Assembly: GCA_041946735.1 (NCBI GenBank) | Contig: JBHGAY010000046.1 | Coordinates: 1-22,560, forward strand | Length of the DNA stretch: 22,560 bases | Source of the DNA: Candidatus Eiseniibacteriota bacterium | GTDB taxonomy: Bacteria > Eisenbacteria > RBG-16-71-46 > CAIMUX01 > VGJL01 | Direction of reading: 5' to 3' | Shown here: in pieces, positions 1-8,088 of the stretch | How the letters are laid out: every line of letters starts with the position of its first letter | Position numbering within the stretch: position 1 is the first letter of the stretch | Position numbers and translations under genes: made by a program | Notes under the pieces: model-generated | The model's input: only the letters and a program-made list of their open reading frames with translations | Databases searched by the model: none | What the model was told of the DNA's origin: nothing

Positions 1-2250
1 CCGTGGCAGGAGTGCTGGCTCGACGTCCTCGGCACCGGCACCACCTTCCCGACCGACACGTACGGCCACGGCACCCACGTGATGGGGACGATCACCGGCC
101 TCGGCGTGGCGACGGTCGACACCGTCGGCGTGGCGTGGGGCGCCCAGTGGATCGCGACGAACGCGATCAACCAGGGTGTCGGCCCCGGCTTCGACAGCGA
201 CATCCTCACCTGCCTCCAGTGGCTCTCCGATCCGGACGGCAACCCGAACACGATCGAGGACGTTCCGGACGTCGTGCAGAACTCGTGGCGTATCGCCGAG
301 TGGTTCGGCTACGGCTACACCGATTGCGACTCGCGGTGGTGGGCCGCGATCGACAATTGCGAAGCGGCCGGCGTCGTGACGACCTGGTCGGCGGGCAACG
401 AGGGGCCGGGCGGGACGTCGATCGGCTCGCCGGCCGACCGTGCCGCCACTCCCTACAACACCTTCTCGGTCGGCGCCGTCGACGCGACGAACTACCAGTG
501 GCCCTACCCGGTCGCGGGCTTCTCGAGCCGCGGGCCGACGGGCTGCAACGTCCCGCCCGAGCTGAAGATCAAGCCGGAGATCATGGCGCCCGGCGTCCAT
601 GTCTACTCCTCGATCCCGGGCGGCGGCTACAGCGCCAACTGGGATGGCACCTCGATGGCCGGCCCGCACATCGCCGGAGTCGTCGGCCTCATGCGGCAGG
701 CGAACCCGAACCTCTCCGTCGACGAGGTCAAGCAGATCCTGATGGAGACGTCGCGCGACGAAGGCACCACCGGCGAGGACAACACCTACGGCTGGGGCTT
801 CGTCGATGCCTATGCGGCGGTGAGCGCCGTGCTCGCCGGCAACGCGCAGATCAACGGCCACGTGCGGAACGGCAGCTACCAGAACACCCCGCTCTTCCAG
901 GCGGAGGTGCGTCTGGTCGAGGCGGGCTCCGTCTTCACGACCGACCAGACCGGTTACTACGAGGGGACGGCGCAGGCCGACACCTACACGATCGAGGCGA
1001 GTTATCCGGGATTCGAGACGCAGTCGACCCAGGTCACGCTGATCAGCGGCGCTCCGGTCGTCCAGGACTTCGCTCTCGTCGACAACGCCGGACCGGCGAT
1101 CACCAACGTCAGCGATCCGAAGACCAGCACCGACACGGTCGGCCCGTACACGATTCGCGCGGCCATCACCGACCCGAGCACGGTCGCGTCGGCGCAGATC
1201 TACTACCGGGTCAACGGAGGCGAGTGGGTTCCGGTCGCGATGACGAGCGGGCTCAGCTACAGCGGCGACATCCCGGGACAGGCGGCCGGCTCCACGATCG
1301 ACTTCTACGTGTGGGCTCAGGATGGCGCCGGTCTCACCTCCAGCTCCCCGGCGGACGCTCCGGCGTCGTACTACACGATCCTGATCACGCAGTCGGTCCT
1401 CTTCGACGACGCGGAGATCGACGGCGGGTGGAGCCTGTCGGCTCCCGGCGATGACGCAGTCAGCGGCCTCTGGGTCCGCGACGATCCGGTCGGCACGGTC
1501 TACAATGGCGCGCCGGTCCAGCCGGAGAACGACCACACGCCGGCTCCCGGCCACATCTGCTTCGTCACCGGCAACGCCAACCCCGGGGACAATCCGACGA
1601 CGAACGACGTCGACAACGGCTGCACCACGCTGACCAGCCCGGCCTTCGACCTCTCCGGCGCCGAGCGCGGCTTCGTCACCTACTGGCGCTGGTTCGGCCA
1701 GTACGTCAGCGTCGACGACAACTTCCAGATCGACGGTTCCTCCGACGGCGGCGCGACCTGGGTTCCGCTCGAGCAGATCCCGGGCAACGCGGCGAGCTGG
1801 CAGAGGTCTTCGGTCGAGCTGAGCGCGGCTCTCGACCTCACGAACAACATGAAGGTCCGGTTCCGGGCTTGCGATCAGGGAGCGGGCGGCCTCGTCGAGG
1901 CGGCGGTCGACGACTTCACGATCGAGAGCTTCCAGCCGAACGTCGCCGGCGCCGAGGAGGGCGGGCTCTCGATGCGTCCGGCCCTCGCGCAGAACGAGCC
2001 GAACCCGTTCAATCCGGTGACGAAGATCCAGTTCACGCTCTCCAACGGCGGCGACGCTCGTCTCGAGGTGTACGACGCCGCCGGCCGCCTGATCCGCGTC
2101 CTTCAGGACGGTCCGATGATGGCCGGAACGCACACGGTCCTCTGGAACGGCCTGGACGATCAGGGTCGCGCGGTGGGATCGGGCGTCTACTTCTATCGTC
2201 TGAAGGCCGGCGCCTTCGAGCAGAGCCGGCGCATGACGATCCTCAAGTAG
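1..2250 (+). CDS. S8 family serine protease (subtilisin/bacillopeptidase F-like), 5'-truncated by the window edge, with a carboxypeptidase-regulatory-like domain, further beta-rich domains and a C-terminal FlgD-Ig/T9SS-type-A-like domain
   Basis: Frame 1 is open from base 1 (PWQECWLDVLG...YGHGTHVMGT), so the track start at 79 is internal. Catalytic His in HGTH (codon 67-69), oxyanion Asn in SAGNEG (397-399), FSSRGP, KPEIMAPG and catalytic Ser in GTSMAGPH (652-654). The C-terminus reads QNEPNPFNP...VYDAAGRLIRVL...WNGLDDQG...SGVYFYRL. The catalytic Asp would lie upstream of the window. Confidence 0.93.
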   Translation, partial: PWQECWLDVLGTGTTFPTDTYGHGTHVMGTITGLGVATVDTVGVAWGAQWIATNAINQGVGPGFDSDILTCLQWLSDPDGNPNTIEDVPDVVQNSWRIAEWFGYGYTDCDSRWWAAIDNCEAAGVVTTWSAGNEGPGGTSIGSPADRAATPYNTFSVGAVDATNYQWPYPVAGFSSRGPTGCNVPPELKIKPEIMAPGVHVYSSIPGGGYSANWDGTSMAGPHIAGVVGLMRQANPNLSVDEVKQILMETSRDEGTTGEDNTYGWGFVDAYAAVSAVLAGNAQINGHVRNGSYQNTPLFQAEVRLVEAGSVFTTDQTGYYEGTAQADTYTIEASYPGFETQSTQVTLISGAPVVQDFALVDNAGPAITNVSDPKTSTDTVGPYTIRAAITDPSTVASAQIYYRVNGGEWVPVAMTSGLSYSGDIPGQAAGSTIDFYVWAQDGAGLTSSSPADAPASYYTILITQSVLFDDAEIDGGWSLSAPGDDAVSGLWVRDDPVGTVYNGAPVQPENDHTPAPGHICFVTGNANPGDNPTTNDVDNGCTTLTSPAFDLSGAERGFVTYWRWFGQYVSVDDNFQIDGSSDGGATWVPLEQIPGNAASWQRSSVELSAALDLTNNMKVRFRACDQGAGGLVEAAVDDFTIESFQPNVAGAEEGGLSMRPALAQNEPNPFNPVTKIQFTLSNGGDARLEVYDAAGRLIRVLQDGPMMAGTHTVLWNGLDDQGRAVGSGVYFYRLKAGAFEQSRRMTILK

Positions 2251-2269
2251 CGCGTCGTCCACGAACCGT

Positions 2270-2334
2270 GCGGGAGGGCGGCGGTCCCTCCCGCGTCCGT
2301 AGCGAAGGACCCCGGCGCAGTCCCGGGGTCCTTC
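2270..2334. terminator. Two tandem GC-rich hairpins between convergent genes (probable terminator region)
   Basis: GCGGGAGGG-N7-CCCTCCCGC (2270-2294) and GAAGGACCCCGG-N7-CCGGGGTCCTTC (2304-2334), followed by TTCCT. The U-tract is weak. Confidence 0.6.
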
Positions 2335-2345
2335 TTCCTACCATC

Positions 2346-2377
2346 CCGGCTCTCCGGCTCTCCGGCTGTCCGGCCAT
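2346..2377. repeat. Short 8-bp tandem repeat, 4 degenerate copies
   Basis: CCGGCTCT CCGGCTCT CCGGCTGT CCGGCCAT, read directly. Confidence 0.7.
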
Positions 2378-2392
2378 CAGGGTCTCAGCGCC

Positions 2393-5300
2393 TCAGCGCC
2401 GGAGCGGCGGATCGAGCGACAGGCGATCGCCTCCGGGAAGGTGATCGTCGAGCGGAGGGAAGGCCACGTCCTTGCCGCGCCGGCCGAGCGTGCGGAACGC
2501 GGCGAGATACCCCTGCGCTCCGGGCTCGCAGGCCTGATCGAGTGGGCCGCCGGTCGCAGCGATCAGGCCGCTCGTCACCTCGATCGTGTAGACCGTGTCG
2601 GGGAGGAGGTCGGCGCTCGGGTCGAGCGTGATCTCGCGGGCCTCCGGATCGACGGAGATGGCGGCGTCGATCGTGTCGGCCCCGAGCTTCAGAAAGACGC
2701 TCGTGTCGGCCGAGGCCGGATTGCAGGCGCGCGTCAAGAGGACGGTGATCGCCGCCGTCGTGTCCACGTCGGTCGCGCCGTCCGCCGGCGAGGACGAAGC
2801 GACGCGGAAGCCGCAGAACGAGACGCCCGCCGTGTCCGCGGCGGAGAGACCGAACTCGTCCACCACCTGCAGGATCACCCGGAAGCTCTCGTTGCACTCC
2901 GGATCGTCGCCGTCGGCCAGGCCGTCGCCGTCGTTGTCGAACCCGTCGCAGCCCGCGATACCGACGCAGTCGTAGAGGTGTTCCCGCGTGACGACGCCGC
3001 CGGCAGGAAGGTCACCCTCCTCGGGGGGCAGGCCGTCCTCCCAGATCCACTGCACCCCCGCGATCGCGACGTCCGGCTCCCCGCCTTCCGCCGTCCCGCT
3101 CAACTCGACCGCGGCGCTGTCCGCGTCGATGCAGAGCCCCTGGAGCGTCACGACCGGCCGCTTGCCGACCTCGAACCATCCGGAGTACGGCTGCAGGCCC
3201 GGACTCTCCGCGTCCTGGTCGAGGCTGCGGCCATAGATGTCCTTCAGGCTCGTCTGCGCCGTCCAGATATAGACGCCGTTGTGCAGGGAGTCGGCCGGCG
3301 TGAAGGTCCAGGTGATGCTGTCGGCCGTCGCGATCTCGCCGACGTGCGCCCCGTCATGCAGCACCGCCGGGTTGCTCGGGGTGAAGGTCGAGGGATCCAT
3401 CGGGACGCTGAAGGTGATCCGCATTTCGCTCGGATGCTGATCGAGCGAGCCGCTCGCCGGGCTCACGCTCATCACGTGCGGGGGCGCGATCGGCGGCGGG
3501 GCCGTCGTGAACGTGTCGGAAAACGGCTGCTCCCCCGGCAGATCCGGATCCTGATCGAGCAGGTTCCCTTTCTCGTCGACCACCCCCTCGACGATCACGC
3601 TGTAGGTCGTCTGGTACTCCAGATCGTCCGCCGGATCGAGGATCACGGAACGATGGTCCGCCGTGAAGAGGCGGCTGCCCTCGAGCGTGTCCGCTTCCGA
3701 CATCAGACGGAAGTGCTCCGGGGCGAGCGCGCTCGCCGAGTCGACCGGCTCCGAGAAGTCGATCCGGATGCCGGTGTCGACGGGGGGAGGATCGCCGTCG
3801 AGCGTCATGCGCAGAACGCGCGGCGCGATCCTTTCGCGATCGGTGCGGAAGCTGGCCGCGAAGCTCTGGCCGCCGAGCGAGTCGGGATCGGCGTCGAAGG
3901 CGTTGCCGGCGGTATCGGTGACGGCCGGCGTGACCACGATCGTGTAGAGCGTCTCGTAGGCGAGCGAGTCGTCGGGGACGATCGTGACCTGTCTACCGTC
4001 GGGCGAAAGCTCGCGCGCGGCGGGGACGGCGGCGCCGAGCGAGTCGCGCAACGCGACCGACTCCGGCGTGACGCTCGCCGGGTCGAGCGGTTCGTCCCAG
4101 ACGAGGAGCGGTGACACGGTGACGGCGACCGCCGTCGCGCCGTCCGCCGGATCGGTCGAGAGCAGCCGCGGGGCGATCGAGTCGCCCTCGGTCCAGAAGA
4201 CGCTGTCGAATGGGTTGGGGGCTCCTCCCGGATCCTGATCGAGCGGGTTCCCGGCGAGGTCGACCGCCGTCGTGTCGACCACGACGCGGTAGAGCGTTCC
4301 GTAGAGCAGATGCTCGCGCGGGGTCCACCGGAGATGCCGCTGCGAGTTGGAGAAGAGCAGCGAGCCTTCGTGGGCCGCTCCGCCCGTCTCGACCCGGAAC
4401 GCGGTGCGAACGCTCGCGGTGTCCATCGACTCGCTGAAGTCGAGGAGGATCTCCGGCGCGACGTCGACCTCGCGGGCGCCGTCCAGCGGCGTCACCGATA
4501 CGACCTGAGGGCGCTGCTGCTCCGGTTGGGTCGTGAAGCAGGCGAAGAACGGCTGCTTGCCGGGCGTGTCGGGGTCCTGGTCGATCCCGTTGCCGAAGAG
4601 ATCGGTGAGCAGGATGTCGACGTGGATGCAGTAGGTCGCGTCGTAGGCGAGCGGGGAGGACGGAGTGAACGACGCAGTGATCTGATCGGCGCTCAGCGCG
4701 GTGGCCCCGGAGACCTTCGGTCCCGTCGATCCCTGCGTCACGTAGAAATAGGCCTCGAGCAGCTCTTCGCGCACGGGCTCGCTGAAGACGACGCGCACCT
4801 GCGAACCGACCGAGACGCCGGCCGCGCCCGAATCGGGGACCGAAGAGGCGACGAAGGGCGCGACCGTCTCGTGGATCGTGCGAAAGCGGCTGGTGAATCC
4901 CTGATGGCCGGCCGTGTTCCAGTCCTGATCGAACTCGCCGCCGCGAGGGGTCACGATCCCGTACCCCGCACGGAGCGTGTAGTACTCGTAGTTCTGGAGC
5001 GGCGCGCGGGGACGGAGCGTCGCGCGCAGGCTGTCGCTCGACACCCAAAGCGAGTCGGCGACGCGCAACCCGTTGGTCCCGAAGAGGCCGACGCTCGTCT
5101 CGTTCACCGACGACGGGACGACCGGCAGGCTGAAGGTGACGGTGACGTCGGGTCGCGGATCGACGCCGTTCGCCTCCGCCGGCGGATCGATCGCCTCGAC
5201 GCGCACGTTCTGCTCCGTTCGGAACGTGCAGGTGAAGTCCTGGTACCCGGCTTCGTAGGGATCCTGATCGAACGGGATGCCGGTCACGTCGTAGATCCCC

Positions 5301-7078
5301 TCGGGTCCGGAGATCGCTTCGATCTTGTAGAGCCGGTCGCGCTCGAGCGGGGTCGTCGGCGCGAATGTGGCGAGGAGTCCCCCGTTCGAGAGCGCCTTGG
5401 TTCCCGTGATCTGGAACCAGGTGCCGTTCAGGTTTCGGAAGAATCGGAGCCCGCGGTCGAGGGTCGCCGGGTCGACCGCGCGGTCGAACTCGACGGAGAT
5501 CCGGTTCTCGTCGACCGAGCCGTTCTCTTCGTCGCAGACCGGCGTCGTCTGATCGACTCGCGGGCCGCGCGGCTGCGCCTCGCTGCGGAAGCCGAGCACG
5601 AACGGTTGCAGTCCCGGAACGAGCGGATCCTGATCGAGCGGCTCGCCACGCTGCAGATCGAGCACGCTCGTTTCGACCCGCACGGTGTAGACGCCTCCGT
5701 AGACGAGCGCGTCGACCGGATCGATCTCGTAGTCGACGTCGCTCAGGGCATGGATCTCGGCGGCGACCGGCTCCTCGCCGCGCAGCAGGCGGAAGCTGTC
5801 GCCATCGAGCGTTTCGGGACGGATCGCGCGCTGGAAGCGGACGCGCGGAGAGGCGGTGACGGCGATCGTGTCGCCGGGGCTCGGACGGGAGGAGACGACG
5901 CGCAGAGGATCGTAGCTCTCCACGGAAAACTCGGAGAAGAAGCCCTGAAGACCGGCCGCCTGCGGATCCTGATCGATCGGGCGCCCCTGTGAATCCCGGG
6001 CCTCCGACGTCACCTCGAGCCGGTAGGTCTCGCCGCGCAGCAGCGGCTCCTCCGGATCGACGCGCGCCTCGTCCCCCGGCTCGATCGACACGACCTCCGC
6101 CGGCACGGCGGCGCCTTCGTGGCGGAGGAGGATCGCGCTGGCCAGGCTCCCCGCATCCATCGGCCGGTCGAAGCGGACGCGAATGCGCACCGTGTCGGCG
6201 ACGCCGGTCTCCCCATCGGCCGGGGTGACGGAGAAGACCCGCGGCAGGTCGAGGGGAAAGTCGAGATCGATGCGCGTGGAGTCGCTGAATCCGCCCCAGC
6301 CGAGCGGCAGGCGCGCGCGCACCCGATAGGCGCGGAAGTTCGCCGCCGCGCCGTCCGCCATGCCGGCGATCTCCGCGCCGGCGCCGGCGCCGTCCGCCTC
6401 GCTACTGCCGCCTCTCGTCACAGCTCGCGCGCCGGCGGCGAGGCGCGGATGGAGCGGGCCTGCGCCGAGGAGGCGCGAGAAGCCGGCCGGACGGCCCAGT
6501 TCGAGGGCCAGGAGCGTGTCGCCGACGGCGGTGTCGGTGAACGAGGCGCCCTGGAACTCGCGCACCGCATATTCGGACGCTCCCTGCACGCGCCGCCATC
6601 GGATCGTGTAGCTGGATTCCCCATAGAGGATGTCGACGGCCGGCTGCGGCACGACGGCGGGCGCGAGCGCGAGCGCCGCCTGCGTCGTCCCTCCCGCGTC
6701 GATCGAGAGCCCCGAGACGCCGCCGTAGTAGAGCCCGGCGGAGCCGCCGCCATAGTCCAAGCCTCCAATCGCCAGCGCATGCGCCTGCATTCCCTCCCCC
6801 GGCTCGACCGCGATCGAGATCGCCATCGTCTCGGCGCCCGAGGGCCAGGAAGCGACCGCGGTCGCGCGCGCGGCGCCACCCGAGTCCCGCAGCTCGACTT
6901 GCACGGAATCGGGGAGCGGCAGCTCCCGTCCGTCCGGCAGGGTGCGCGTGGCCAGGCCGAGCTGGAGCAGCGCCTCCCCCTCCTTCGGCTTCGAGGGGCC
7001 GTCGTCCCCGCAGGACAGCCAGAGCGACGCCAGCGGGACGAGCGCGAGGGCCAGCACGAGGACGGCGAGCTTTCTCAT
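2393..7078 (-). CDS. Large lipoprotein (1561 aa) with ten bacterial Ig-like (Big_5/SbsA-type) repeats, an FN3-like domain and a PKD-like domain
   Basis: RBS AAGGAGG before the ATG. Signal peptide MRKLAVLVLALALVPLASLWLS-C-GDD fits a lipoprotein Cys. Repeated units P.V.S..P.DG...V......V.FS.P.D..S...L.....Y...V......D..G...F.T occur about every 340 bp. Confidence 0.88.
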   Translation of the reverse strand: MRKLAVLVLALALVPLASLWLSCGDDGPSKPKEGEALLQLGLATRTLPDGRELPLPDSVQVELRDSGGAARATAVASWPSGAETMAISIAVEPGEGMQAHALAIGGLDYGGGSAGLYYGGVSGLSIDAGGTTQAALALAPAVVPQPAVDILYGESSYTIRWRRVQGASEYAVREFQGASFTDTAVGDTLLALELGRPAGFSRLLGAGPLHPRLAAGARAVTRGGSSEADGAGAGAEIAGMADGAAANFRAYRVRARLPLGWGGFSDSTRIDLDFPLDLPRVFSVTPADGETGVADTVRIRVRFDRPMDAGSLASAILLRHEGAAVPAEVVSIEPGDEARVDPEEPLLRGETYRLEVTSEARDSQGRPIDQDPQAAGLQGFFSEFSVESYDPLRVVSSRPSPGDTIAVTASPRVRFQRAIRPETLDGDSFRLLRGEEPVAAEIHALSDVDYEIDPVDALVYGGVYTVRVETSVLDLQRGEPLDQDPLVPGLQPFVLGFRSEAQPRGPRVDQTTPVCDEENGSVDENRISVEFDRAVDPATLDRGLRFFRNLNGTWFQITGTKALSNGGLLATFAPTTPLERDRLYKIEAISGPEGIYDVTGIPFDQDPYEAGYQDFTCTFRTEQNVRVEAIDPPAEANGVDPRPDVTVTFSLPVVPSSVNETSVGLFGTNGLRVADSLWVSSDSLRATLRPRAPLQNYEYYTLRAGYGIVTPRGGEFDQDWNTAGHQGFTSRFRTIHETVAPFVASSVPDSGAAGVSVGSQVRVVFSEPVREELLEAYFYVTQGSTGPKVSGATALSADQITASFTPSSPLAYDATYCIHVDILLTDLFGNGIDQDPDTPGKQPFFACFTTQPEQQRPQVVSVTPLDGAREVDVAPEILLDFSESMDTASVRTAFRVETGGAAHEGSLLFSNSQRHLRWTPREHLLYGTLYRVVVDTTAVDLAGNPLDQDPGGAPNPFDSVFWTEGDSIAPRLLSTDPADGATAVAVTVSPLLVWDEPLDPASVTPESVALRDSLGAAVPAARELSPDGRQVTIVPDDSLAYETLYTIVVTPAVTDTAGNAFDADPDSLGGQSFAASFRTDRERIAPRVLRMTLDGDPPPVDTGIRIDFSEPVDSASALAPEHFRLMSEADTLEGSRLFTADHRSVILDPADDLEYQTTYSVIVEGVVDEKGNLLDQDPDLPGEQPFSDTFTTAPPPIAPPHVMSVSPASGSLDQHPSEMRITFSVPMDPSTFTPSNPAVLHDGAHVGEIATADSITWTFTPADSLHNGVYIWTAQTSLKDIYGRSLDQDAESPGLQPYSGWFEVGKRPVVTLQGLCIDADSAAVELSGTAEGGEPDVAIAGVQWIWEDGLPPEEGDLPAGGVVTREHLYDCVGIAGCDGFDNDGDGLADGDDPECNESFRVILQVVDEFGLSAADTAGVSFCGFRVASSSPADGATDVDTTAAITVLLTRACNPASADTSVFLKLGADTIDAAISVDPEAREITLDPSADLLPDTVYTIEVTSGLIAATGGPLDQACEPGAQGYLAAFRTLGRRGKDVAFPPLDDHLPGGDRLSLDPPLRR

Positions 7079-7241
7079 CGCAGGAGCCTCCTTGTGACGG
7101 GACAGCGGGTGGCGGCCGCGCCGGCGCAGACGGATCGATCGATGTGGAAGCGCGCCGCCGGGGAGGGAGCGAGATCCCGAGCGAGTGGAGAGAGGGAAAG
7201 GCGGGAGGAGAGGCCGGCCCGGCGGTGACGAGCGGAGAGCT

Positions 7242-7985
7242 TCACTCCGATGTCAGGGAGCGTTCGATCCACGAGGTCAGGGTGGAGATCCAATCTCCCC
7301 TCGACCGCAGCAGCTCCGCCCCGCGTCCTACCCCTTCGATCAGCCAACATCTCCGATCCGTATGGCCGGGGACCAGCGAGGCAGAAGCCTCGATCCCCGG
7401 CAGGTCGTCGTTCTCCACGACGACGAGGAGCGGTCCCTCCGAGCGGAGGGGCGACACCTCGGTGTCTTCGATCCGGGGAGAGACGAGGATGCGGACCGCG
7501 CGCTCGGGCCCGCCGAGATCAGCGTGAAGAAGGGCAGCGTTCCCGGCGCCGGATCCGATCCAGGCGACGCCACGGATCGAGGTCGCAGGCAAGTCACGAA
7601 AGTAGTGAAGGGCCGCGGCGGCGTCAAGGCCGGCATCCGCGATCTCCGCGGCCGTGAAGCGCGAGCGATCGCGGCGCACGCCGCGCCGCAGCGCCGACTC
7701 TCCGGTGCCCCGAAGGTCGGGCACGAGGACGTGGTACCCGAGCGCGAGCAGAGTGTCGGCGAGGAAGGACCAGGCCTCCTTGCCTTCCGCCGGATCGGGA
7801 AGGATCACGGCGGCGAAAGAAGCAGGCGCGGCCGGCCGATAATACCGAGCGACGACGCGGAACCCGTCAGCGGTCGTGTAGGCGACGGTTTCGGGTTCGG
7901 CCGGGCGCGCGCGGGCAGGGATGGCGAGCGTCAGGACGAAGGCCAGACCACAGACGACGGCGAGTGCGAGGGGACGGGCGGGCAA
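7242..7985 (-). CDS. Secreted alpha/beta-hydrolase-fold protein, catalytic residues apparently degenerate
   Basis: Signal-like LALAVVCGLAFVLTLAIPARA. Fold motifs TTADG, W..LA..L...GYHVLVPDLRGTGES, D..AA..Y, WIGSGAG, LVSP, PLLVVV..DD and terminal WI..SL. The start is uncertain: in-frame TTG at 7985 is used; in-frame ATG 8090 and the track start 8111 would overlap the divergent gene. Confidence 0.75.
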   Translation of the reverse strand: MPARPLALAVVCGLAFVLTLAIPARARPAEPETVAYTTADGFRVVARYYRPAAPASFAAVILPDPAEGKEAWSFLADTLLALGYHVLVPDLRGTGESALRRGVRRDRSRFTAAEIADAGLDAAAALHYFRDLPATSIRGVAWIGSGAGNAALLHADLGGPERAVRILVSPRIEDTEVSPLRSEGPLLVVVENDDLPGIEASASLVPGHTDRRCWLIEGVGRGAELLRSRGDWISTLTSWIERSLTSE

Positions 7986-8088
7986 GGCGCTTGCCAGGGA
8001 AGATCGACGGGCGGGACCGAACAGGCGCCCGAGTTGACCTTCCCGGTCCCGCAGGTCAGGCTTCGTGAGAAAGGGCCTGGAGCGGCGC

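Noticed and set aside
3..1454. 483-aa ORF overlapping the protease, and similar Arg-rich ORFs over the lipoprotein, ccm genes and propeller
   Set aside because: Off-frame or antisense shadows of well-supported genes.
2520..6000. Recurring GGATCCTGATCGA-like DNA words as a CRISPR array or DGR template/variable repeats
   Set aside because: They are in-frame codons of the DQDP protein motif, spaced about 340 bp apart, with no cas or reverse transcriptase gene nearby.
7079..7241. Purine/pyrimidine-skewed gap upstream of the lipoprotein as an ncRNA or small ORF
   Set aside because: No recognisable structure or motif; the overlapping 91-aa ORF lacks convincing coding features.
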